Shown one piece after another: positions 51,950 through 62,369 of a DNA stretch of 64,000 nucleotides (position 1 is the first letter of the stretch; the number at the start of each line of letters is the position of its first letter). Both the position numbers and the translations under genes were made by a program. Source of the DNA: Alloascoidea hylecoeti (Eukaryota); assembly GCA_001600815.1 (NCBI GenBank), contig BCKZ01000003.1, positions 438,581-502,580 of the forward strand, given 5' to 3'. A model generated the notes under the pieces. That model worked only from the letters and a program-made list of their open reading frames with translations. It ran no database searches and was not told the origin of the DNA.

Positions 51950-52130
51950 CACCCCCAACCTTAGGCAGGTCACTTTACTAATCGCCATATCTGCTCACGC
52001 CCGTGATCTTTCGAGTTTCGGACTTCTTGCATTTTACTTTCGGGCCATTTATGTGTTACCCTACTAAGCCTCAACTAGACTGATGTAAACTACCATCCTA
52101 CGGCGGACTCGAACCTGTCTCTCGTGACCG

Positions 52131-52141
52131 CGCCGCTACCA
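52131..52141 (-). other. Primer-binding site, initiator tRNA-Met type (TGGTAGCGGCG)
   Basis: Directly follows the LTR-terminal CA on the minus strand; shares TGGTAGCG with the Ty1/Ty3 PBS TGGTAGCGCC. Confidence 0.8.
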
Positions 52142-52149
52142 TGTTAAAG

Positions 52150-54525
52150 TTTTTTTTTTTTTTTTCAAAAAGGCTCTATATTAAACTGCTTTTTCTATAA
52201 ATACTATATTTATAACAACCAAAAAATTGTGAAAATAAAAATACCTCTTACTAATGTTGGAGGTTCACCCATTTGTTGAGTAATGTTGTTACTTTTTATA
52301 GTAGTTTAGATGCATTAGATCATTGGATATCAGATGGCCGGGTTCAAAGGATGAGAATAATTGTGTTATAGCTCTATCGTCAATTTTCTTTTCATAAAAC
52401 ACTTTTTTGGAAAAATATTCAACAACTATATTTTCCATTTCGCAATGGTCATCCGACCCATTAAGTGAGGCTATTTCCATCCTTTTGTCCGATATTTTTG
52501 GAGACGTAACAGGTCATTTAATGATTGCCCTTGAATGTTAGTTTTTGTTATAAGTTGAGCTTTTTCTAATTTATTTTGATTTATGGACCAGACCCCTTTA
52601 TTCTTAATTATAAAAGTCAGTTCCCCCGCACGTTTCTTTATTTCTGATTTTTTAACCATCCAGTTTTTATATGCTGGAAATTTTTCCGCCAATCGAATGT
52701 GTCCTTTATAAATATATCGAACGTTATCAGCATTGGTTAGCAGAGATCGGCTAATGGAAAAGGGTCTATTGTTTTGAGAGAGATTAGAAGTGGGGTTCAG
52801 GTTCATATAGATCGCAAAGTGCGTAGAGTGTTTCTTATTGGATATTGAAGCTTTTGTAAGATCGTTTGTTAAAGATGAGGATATATAAAATTTGTCCAGT
52901 CTTCTGCTTGCTGATAATGCAGATTGGCTATCGGAAATTTGTTTCTTTGTTGGGTTTAGTTCCCGAAAGGAATCGATTAAAGAAAATTGACTCAGAATTT
53001 CTTGTAGTTGACTGACGCCTTGATCTTTAATTCTAGAGGGGATCGAAGATTCGAGAGAAGGTATTTCAACACAGTTGAAATCACCTCCCCATATTAATTG
53101 CTGTTTTGAAACACTTTGGATAAAAGGTTACATTGATTTGAAATATTCTATTCTTTCCATGCTGGTGCATAGTACATAGGAATTTATGATGGTTATTAGA
53201 TTATTTTGATATTCTATGTGAATAAGGGAAGTGTTTGCTTGAAAAATATAGCAAAATGGTTCTTTAATCTTTTGGGCGATAAGTTCCATATTTGGTGTTT
53301 TTATATTTTTGTGGACACATCTTTTAACTAGGATCATAGTCAGGCTTGAATAAACCATCTCAATTTCTATTTCGTGTAGCTGTTTTCGTAAGCTGAGGAA
53401 GTCACAGCCTCGGGTTTCTTGTAATAATAATATTTTTAAATTGTCATTGTGTATAAACCAGTTAATAATTAACGATTAAGTGGATTTTGAGAATCTTCCC
53501 ACATTTTGTGAGGCAAATTATATATACTCAGGTATTAATAATTTAAAGGAGATAGTGGTACATCCCAGGTATTGGACCCTTTTGTATTGTTGAATCGGTA
53601 TTTAATTTATTAATATGAGAACTATTGTTCCCTTTAGAAGGGCTTGAGTGATGACCGCTAGAGCGTAGAATTCTGATATTCCCAGGAGATTTCTCGGGGA
53701 AAATTGAAGGCCTCGCAGGGATATGATTAGAATCATTGAAAATGTTAGATTCTGTTACCCGTTGATTGACAGTAGACGTATGTTCAGGACGATCACTAGT
53801 GTCTGATACAACATCAGAATCCAATGAATCGTTATCAGGGTACCCTTCAGCTTTGGAATCGGTGATATCCATTGCGTCAGCCGCCTCCATTTGGTTTGGG
53901 ATACGAGGATCAACCGTGTTAGATGATGGTAGGCTTAATTGGATGGTTATCTGATTTCAAATCTTCAGCAAAGGCAGCATCTTCATTATCAGAAGAATCA
54001 TCGGTCACGGAATAATCATCCGAGGATTCACTATAGGTGCATCAGTAGTAATGACCGCCATCTTTAACAAGGGGTTCATCCTCTCCTCCATGGGAAGGAT
54101 TTGTACTAACGCGTAAAATGGTAATGAGTTCATTACCTTGATGATAGCGGACGCGTCAGGTCCTGCAAAGGCAACCAGTTGGTCACCTCTGTTAAAGAAA
54201 TAAAGTAATTTGGCCATTTTACCAGTAAGCGTTTTGTCCACCTCGTTTTTAAAGTCATCAATGGTCTTGTTATCAGAGATGATTAGTCTATACGGTAAGA
54301 ATCCGGGTTGTTTGCAGCAACTTCGGCATGGCGCAACATACTATGCACCTCATTAACAATGGGGGCAAAAAGGGGGGCTTTGATCACTGTTTCCCTGTTG
54401 GGAGGGCCAGTGACAAGATACGGTTTAGTTTTAGGTAATTTAAGATACATTTCAAAATTGTTGTCGTTTTTCTCACGTTTTCTTCAAAATAGCCAGCTTT
54501 TTGAGTGAATCAAAGTCAAGAAAAT
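52150..54525 (-). mobile_element. Degenerate L1/Tx1-like LINE derivative: ORF1 remnant, AP endonuclease, no RT, poly(A) tail
   Basis: Frameshifted ORF1 from ATG 54450 to 53543. ORF2 APE motifs in one frame: SQNV, LLQET, GGDFN (53088-53074), IDSFRELNP, RRLDKFY, STH, with in-frame stops. A16 tail at 52165-52150. Confidence 0.85.
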
Positions 54526-54602
54526 CAAAGTGTTCTCCCAGTTGCGCCAAAAAGCCAATCGACTCTCTAGTGAACTGTTCCAAGAGTGTAATATATCCAA
54601 CA
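54526..54602 (-). repeat. Main part of the interrupted LTR
   Basis: Matches 51869-51949 apart from a 4-bp (tgcc) indel. Confidence 0.88.
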
Positions 54603-55546
54603 ATAATTACAATATTTTGTCTGCACATTTTGGTCTAATTGCGTTTCTACGAGATAGCCAGCCACCGTAAACTGTATATTGGATTAAAGTCTGAAGAAGG
54701 TGCTCATCAATCAGGCCACGAAAACGCTTTAGATTAGATAGAAATCTTTGTGAGCCTTGTATTGATAATTTACCATGAAGGATCGATTTTGAGATACAAA
54801 GGTGTTGACAACTTTCGCATATGACATTTGCACTCCTAGTTTCTTATATTCAAAAGCTATGAATATGAGCCTAATATTATGATGGTTATCCTTCATTTGA
54901 GTCCTTCTACGTGCTATTTCAGTCTCTGGTAGTGATTTAATGGTTGTTCTAAAAATGGAACTTTTAAGTTACAATGATATGGAATCCCCTTTCATTTTTT
55001 GGGGGTGGTCTTCCAGAATTTATTTAGATCTTCTCAATTCTCACAATACACCACGATAACCACTTTAAGAGAACATCGACACTATTATTGGATCATATGG
55101 ATATCTATGATGTCAATATGGCAGCTTCCAATTAAACATGCCATAATGAGAAATTGGGTTTTATGAATATTGGATCCACTGAGTTCAATTTAAAAATTCA
55201 AAGAAAAATTTCAAACAGAAAACATTGAACATATATTATCAAATAATGAGATTAAATAGATTTTAGTGACATTATTTATAACAATATATATTTGTCTCTG
55301 GTTTGTAATTCGTGGTTGCAACATAGCGATGTTGTGATATCCGAATATGCTAGCTTATCTGAGTACCATCTACAGTACATCAGGTAATTTCATTCCTGAT
55401 AATTTGCGGCTAAAGAAACGTATATGACAAGAAACATCATTTGTTGTTGTAAGATCATTCTCAATCTCGCTGGCTTTGTTGTCATCTTTACCAATTTTAG
55501 ATTTAGTATGCATATCAATTAATGTATTAAACTTGTTATAGATATC

Positions 55547-57038
55547 TTGATATATACTACAGCTAGATTTATACCTAGGACTGGGAATAGATGGAAAACG
55601 AACACAAAAGCAATAGGATCAATTAAAAGTATACTCATTATACTTTTATATATTGTTGGACTTGGGATCTCTCAATTACTCAGTATTCCCATTCTGTATG
55701 GAACTAATCCTGTGTTCATCTTACCAAACCCAGAATCAGATGAATATGGTGATAAAAATTATGTAAATGAAACGGGAAATTCTCTTTTTAATATCCAATT
55801 TACCAACAGAATGTACCCATGGGCTCATTTTTATGATAAATTTCCATTACATCCTAATGGATTACCTAACAAAATTGATGGATCATTAAGTACTAGTGAA
55901 ATTATGATGGGTCTTTATGCAACGGAAATGGCAAAAAGTTTAGAAATTGAAGAGGAATTAAATACCGAAGAAATATCTTTATACAATCTGTCATCGGCTG
56001 AGCCATTGGCTGAAGCTTTATTCTATCATAGCAATCATTCATTTATTGATACTGGATTTTCCTCAATATTTACAACATATAATAACTTAATTGATACTGT
56101 TCCGGTGCCAATCATTTCAATTCCTAATTCTACATATACTTCAAGAGTATCATCTATGTTCTTAGCTAAGTATGCTAAAGACGGACATCCTAATTATACA
56201 ATTTCTACTATTTTACGCCAATTATTAATAAACAAAGAATATTTTAAACTCGAAACTTATGATCCAAAAAAAAGGAACTACTATAAAATGTAGTATATTG
56301 GAACTTTTGATTTTGGTGATTTACCGATAGAATACGGCTACTCCTAATGTTGATCTATTCAACGGCTCTATTAAAGATAATATATTGACAACCGAAATGA
56401 TTCATTCTTTTGATGTAAAGCAAGCAAATGACACAAATCTTCATTTTGAATTTACTGATGGTTTGATCAACGGTGTTCCATGGCTTGATTTACTCCATAC
56501 CCCATACATGTATACCACCACTGATAATTACTCATTTACTTAACAGACTTTTATCTTTTCAGTTGTGATAATAATGGTGAACATGAAACCTATGTGTATA
56601 ATTTCTCTCCTAGTAATTACTTTGGCACTAATATCACAATAGAAGATTTTGTCAATCCTCTCTTTATTAGATATACTTGGTTACATGAACATAAAACCAT
56701 AAAAGTGGATAAACAACTTATTACTGAGACAAGTGGGTTTTCAAGTAAAGCACTCTATTTGAATCCTATTAATAGGTTCAAAAAGGTATTTTCTCCCTAA
56801 AAATAGCAAGTGTACCAATATTGAGAGCAGATATATCATTCACAATGGACTTATAGCTTTAATGTGCTTTGTTATACTAGTTTGGGTTATAATGTTAGTT
56901 ATTCCTACACTGAAAAGATCATCAACTATTATTTTCGTTGAAGAACAAGCTGAAAAATCTTCGAAATCATTCCTTCATACAATTTTTGCAAAATCAAACA
57001 ACCTTTCAGGTCTTGAATTATTCTCAATTTGGTCATAA
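55547..57038 (+). pseudogene. Disrupted gene for a membrane protein with a large N-glycosylated loop (family not recognised)
   Basis: 248-codon frame lacking an early ATG; coding-like sequence continues past the stop at 56293 through several frameshifts to a second hydrophobic segment (GLIALMCFVILVWVIMLVIP) and a stop near 57038. Confidence 0.55.
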
Positions 57039-57765
57039 GTTACAATTAAATCAGGCCAATATGATGGCAGATGAAAGTGAGAGGATTGTTAATAAATTCT
57101 CATATTGAGCAGAGTGAAAGTCTCAGAATGCAGGCCACATTGCAGAACTTATACATATTCTGCTAATTTGTCGTTGCGTTGATTGTGTCAAAGAACTAAA
57201 TAGAAGAGTGATTTTGATCTAAATAAGACCATCTATATATGTATATTGTAATTAATTATAAGATTACTTGTGTGTTTTACTTGCCATATCCATATTCACT
57301 CTTAATATTAGTCAGTCTATTTTTATTATAACTTAATCCCCATATTGGCGAACAATAAGATGTTGTACAATCAGACCATTTCATATTTATTAAGAGACTA
57401 TTTGTATTTTGTTCACCACAATTTATGTGAGTTCATTACAGTCCAAATGTAGTGTGTTATGCGGACAAATTTTTGATAGCTACGTTTATTTCTTGCCTCT
57501 GGGTCAACTTGTGTGAGACCAAATCAACCCTCCAGGGATGCAATATACCGGCGGTATAGTATTACGTATACATTTAATTACAACCGTGTAAGTTGTGATT
57601 CATTCGCCCTGTACTTGAGTTTTATTATCACCACCTGTAACTGTTCTCTAGCGATCATTAAATACTGTCACTTGCCAATACGAGCTAGTTCATATATAAA
57701 TAAATGATATATGAAGTAGTTTGACAATTTTGTGGAATAGTATTTGATTTCTGATGAGAAGGCTG

Positions 57766-57782
57766 CCCCCCCCCCCCCCCCC
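57766..57782. repeat. Poly(C)17 tract
   Basis: Seen directly in the sequence. Confidence 0.9.
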
Positions 57783-59240
57783 ATTGCACATATTTAAGTC
57801 TTATCAGCGGTAAGTTACTTAATACGTGCCAGAGCTACAAAAACACTCAACTCACTGGAAAACTTGGATGTGCCTTCTTCTAAAATTAATTTAGAGATGA
57901 GGTGAGTCCCCAGATTACATCTATACTTAGCATTAATGAAAACGTGGAATTGGTGAAGCATGGGAACATGCCTCTATGTTTACCAAGTATAGTTTTTCCA
58001 TTCTGAATTCGTTACGTAGATTGCAAGGTTTCGCTTTTTTGGTGTGTGTATTTTAGGCACTATAGATATTATAACTTGGTAAACAAAGTGACCACTTATT
58101 TAGTTATCTTTCTTTAATTTAATTCGTCCCTCAATTCAACATTTGTATGATTGTAGACTAATAAATTCGTAGAGTGAGCTGTTCTGCGACACAGTCACAG
58201 TGTGGCACATAGCTTTCATGTTTGTTCAATTCGACTATTACGTCATATCTAACGAAAAATTTAGGTGTCTCGTTTTAGATGATATATCGCCAAGTCTTCT
58301 TCACACAGAGCTAAACAGGTGTTTTGGTTGATTTTGACATCCGGGAGTTAACGATTCCCGAATTTATACCCTAGATTCTATTGAGTTATAACTCTTTTTT
58401 TGATTTAATCAATTTATTAAAAACTACAAACTATTCGGTTCTTTCAATATTCTAGATAAAAACACATTATCATATTTTGTCAGTGTGTGGACCACTGGTT
58501 TGCCTTCAACTCTCTCCTGAATGCTATCTGTCTATATATGTATACATATATCTAAAAATTTGAGAACAAAAAGTTGTTCTTACACTTTTTCTAATTCATT
58601 CATGTGCTTATACGTGCTATTTTATATTCTAGTGGTGGTTCAGTAGTGGCTGAAAGAAGAGGTACACTTTACAACTTAATTACGAAATTTTATTAAACGT
58701 ATAAAAAAATATAGGATTTAAGTTTATACTACATGTATGTGTGAATTCAAATGTTTCGTGGCTTGGAGCGGCCAAATACTTATAAATCTTCTTATTCTCA
58801 CACCTTACCGATAAAAGTACACCGAAAGTATTGTACAAACTTTAGCTAGGCGCATCCATGATACCATATGATACCCATAAATATAATATCCGGTCAGTAG
58901 AGATACTGAAAAATAGCGTTGAAGTATTGGTAAACTACATCGGAGAAGAAATCTCACTCCACAACAGAAATTACAAACATTATAACTTATATTTAAAACC
59001 CCATTATCAGAATCAAGAGATTAAGCAGATTTTAGTGATATCATAGTATTTAATTTAATTTAATTTAATTTATATTCGTTATTGGTTTAGAAAATCGTGG
59101 TTGAAGTTAACAATTTTTCACGGGTAATGTTACAACTGTAGTTGACACCGTTGACAATAAAAAAATTTCACAAGGAAAAAAAACGTAAATATTATATTAT
59201 GTAATGTCTTATTTAATTATATATATTAATATATAGTAGT

Positions 59241-61271
59241 TTAAGCTAAGTAAGTTGAAGCAGAAACGTTACCTCCTCTTCCAGTCCAGTTAATATGAAT
59301 ATCTTGGCCTTCAGGTAAGTTTTTAGATGCAAACTCTGGTAATACCTTGAAAGTATGAGCACCGAAGTAATCTCTTTGGGCTTGTAGTAAATTAGCTGGT
59401 AGACGAGCAGATCTGTAACCATCATAGAAACTCAAAGCAGTTGAAAAAGCAGGCGTTGGAATTCCCCATAATGCACTAGTTGCAACAATCTGTCTCCAAG
59501 AATCTTGAGCTTTTGTAATAGCATCTGAAAAGAATTTATTGAAAAGTAAATTTTCTAAATCAGGAGTTTCACGATAAGCACTTGTAATTTCACCCAAGAA
59601 AACAGATCTAATAATACAACCTCCACGCCACATCAATGCAATAGCTGGGTTATTTAATTTCCAACCATATTCTTTTGCAGCTTCACGAATCAACATAAAT
59701 CCTTGAGCATAAGAAATGATTTTTGATGCGTACAAAGCTTGTTCTAATTGATCAACAAATTTTTGTTTATTACCATCAAATTTAGGAGTAGGACCAGGTA
59801 GGATGGTAGAAGCTCTAACACGTTCAGGTTTAATTCCAGATAAACATCTAGAAAAGACAGCTTCACCAATCAAAGTGACTGGCATACCAAGATCTAAGGC
59901 ACTAATAGCTGTCCATTTACCGGTACCTTTTTGACCAGCGGTATCTAAAATCTTCTCAACCAATGGAGTTCCATCTACATCATCGTATAGTAAAATATCT
60001 CTGGTGATTTCAATTAAGAATGAATCTAAGACACCTGTATTCCAAGTAGTGAAAACAGCGCCGATTTCCTTGTCGGTAAAACCGGCACCTCTCTTTAATA
60101 AATCATAGGCTTCGCAAATCAATTGCATATCACCATACTCAATACCGTTATGAACCATTTTAACGAAATGACCGGAACCGGCTTCACCAACCCAGTCACA
60201 ACAAGGCTCACCATCTGATTTGGCAGATACAGCTTGAAAGATCTCTTTAATATGAGGCCAAGCATCGGGATGACCACCAGGCATCAAAGAAGGACCATAT
60301 CTAGCACCTTCCTCACCACCAGAAACACCGGAACCAACAAATAGAATTCCTTTGTCATTCAATTCAGTGTATCTTCTATTCGTATCTGGGAAATGTGAAT
60401 TACCACCATCTATGATGATGTCACCTTTCTCCAAATAAGGAAGTAATTGGTTGATAAAAGCATCAACAGCAGAACCAGCCTTAACTAAAAGGATGATACG
60501 ACGAGGACGTTTCAAGTTATCGACAAGTTCCTGGACGGAGTGAGCACCAATGATGGATTTACCTATAATAGGGTTTTTTGAGTTAGGGATGACTCAGACA
60601 AATAATAATATCATAAAATGCATACCTTTTGCTTCGTTATCCAAGAAATGATCAACCTTTGAAACGGTTCTATTGTAGGCAACAACGGTGAAACCATGAT
60701 CAGCGATGTTAAGGATCAAATTCTAATTGGTTTACGGGATTAGTAATTGTAGCAATCTAAAGAAATAAAACCCGCATATATTGACATTGAAGAACGTAAA
60801 AGAATAACGAGATCTAGAACGGCATGATTCTATATAGAAAAAGTATCACTTACTTGTCCCATAACAGCAAGACCAATAAGGCCGATATCTGTAAAAAAAA
60901 TTGTAGATCATGTTAGCAATTGGTCATTTGAAAAGTTAAAAATTGAAGTTTCGACGGCAAATATGAGGCATACCTCCACTATAAAAGAATAAGTTAGTAA
61001 TTTATAGGTATAGAAGATGAGCAGGGAAGACTCAGGGAGTGGGCAATAGAAAATACAAAGCAAGAGAAAGAGGCCAAAGTGACATACACTGGGAGAGGAT
61101 GTAAATGTTGGGCAATTGACTTTACTCTGGTACTTTTGGGATGTTGGCATCAAAGATCATTGGGGGATAAGAACACGACTCTTGGAGACGACTCTTGGAG
61201 ACGACTCTTGGAGACAAGGAAAGGAGGAAAAACAAGAAATGGAGGACTTCTACTTACGTGGGTTCAGACAT
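59241..61271 (-). CDS. GND1: 6-phosphogluconate dehydrogenase; exons 61271-61258, 60978-60974, 60888-60854, 60722-60626, 60562-59241 (490 aa)
   Basis: Spliced N-terminus MSEPTGDIGLIGLAVMGQNLILN; GVSGGEEGA, VKMVHNGIEYGDMQ and QRDYFGAH motifs; four GT-AG introns with branch sites; exons total 1473 nt. Confidence 0.96.
61175..61215. repeat. 13-bp perfect tandem repeat x3 (acgactcttggag) in GND1 intron 1
   Basis: Seen directly in the sequence. Confidence 0.9.
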
Positions 61272-62369
61272 GATTAATAGATAGATTCAATTGAGTAGAA
61301 TTGAGGAGTGGAGAAGAGATGAAACAGCAGAAGGACGTCTTTTAAATCCTTAGGATCCGTCCCAATTGGGGCGTGGGGTTACCCGCATTCAGCCTGATCA
61401 GTAATCCGAAAACCCGTTTTTCATGTGCACGGAGACCCGAGTGACCGAGACCTCAGGTGAAGCACCCGGACTTTCACCGCTAATGCTTATTAATAATAAA
61501 ATTTATTATTTATAACCAATTATCTATGCATTTTACTCTTGTCTTCCTTCTCTTCCGGCTCGCCATTGCTGCCTGGATAATTACAAGGCCTTATACTGCT
61601 ATTCGTAGAGCCCTTGGTATTGATGTTGATTTTTTATGAACGTTAACATTTAAGACTATTCCATATAAAGTTTAAAGAAATTGATTTACGTTGGATCCTA
61701 ATTAGTCAAGAGATTTATAATAAAATAATTTCTATCTTGAATTATAATGATCGTTATCATTTAGTCTTAACTGGCTGGTTCAGGTGAGTTTTCTTACGCT
61801 TATATAATCTACTTCTATAATTATTTTGGGTTCATTTTGGCAGATGAAGACATAAACGTGGGGTGTCGAATGTCTTTTTTGTAGGATCACAGCTTGTCCT
61901 TAGAAAATAATACTTAGTTTCATTAATATTATAGGCAAAGATATCGCATCTTCATATGAATATGGAAGTGACTATTATAGAATGGTAATACATGATGTCT
62001 ATTATATCTAACTCAAAATCTGCTTTCAACTTTCTTATACTACAAATATGTATCCCCTCATCTTAATCTTTCCTCATTCTGACTTTTTTTATGGAAGGAC
62101 TTGGGAGAAATCCGCCTTTTAACATAATATTTTCTACGTGTTTATATAACTTATACTGTAGAGGCCTAAAAACGCCCAGGAAGAATCGTGTATCTCATCA
62201 CAATCCCAAACCGAATGCTGCTATCTCAGAATGAACAACATTAATAATCAGATTCAAAATAATCATCCATAAAAGAGTAATTAGATTTAAGAGATACACA
62301 CATCATTAACGATAGAAAACACAAGTTATTTTATTAAAAATCTCTAAACTAATTCTCCAAAATTCAAAC

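Larger units (their letters stand above)
51859..54602 (-). mobile_element. Miniature non-autonomous LTR retroelement (TRIM-like) with a LINE nested in its 5' LTR
   Basis: TGTT...AACA ends; 5-bp TSD ATAAT (51854-51858, 54603-54607); 3' LTR 51859-51949; 5' LTR split into 52142-52151 plus 54526-54602; PBS at 52141-52131; PPT at 51962-51950. Confidence 0.85.

Noticed and set aside
52095..52145. tRNA gene or SINE
   Set aside because: No cloverleaf or good A-box; the TGG segment is antisense to a tRNA 3' end, as expected of a PBS.
51878..54602. 72-bp direct repeat read as a LINE TSD or DIRS/Ngaro split repeat
   Set aside because: It lies 200 bp from the poly(A) tail and no tyrosine recombinase is seen; the LTR, PBS, PPT and TSD explain it better.
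61082..61091. Internal CAG-T-GTATGT in GND1 intron 1 as a 1-nt exon or recursive splice site
   Set aside because: No upstream branch site, and inclusion would break the frame.
61175..61215. CRISPR-like array
   Set aside because: No spacers; a simple 13-bp tandem repeat in a eukaryotic intron.
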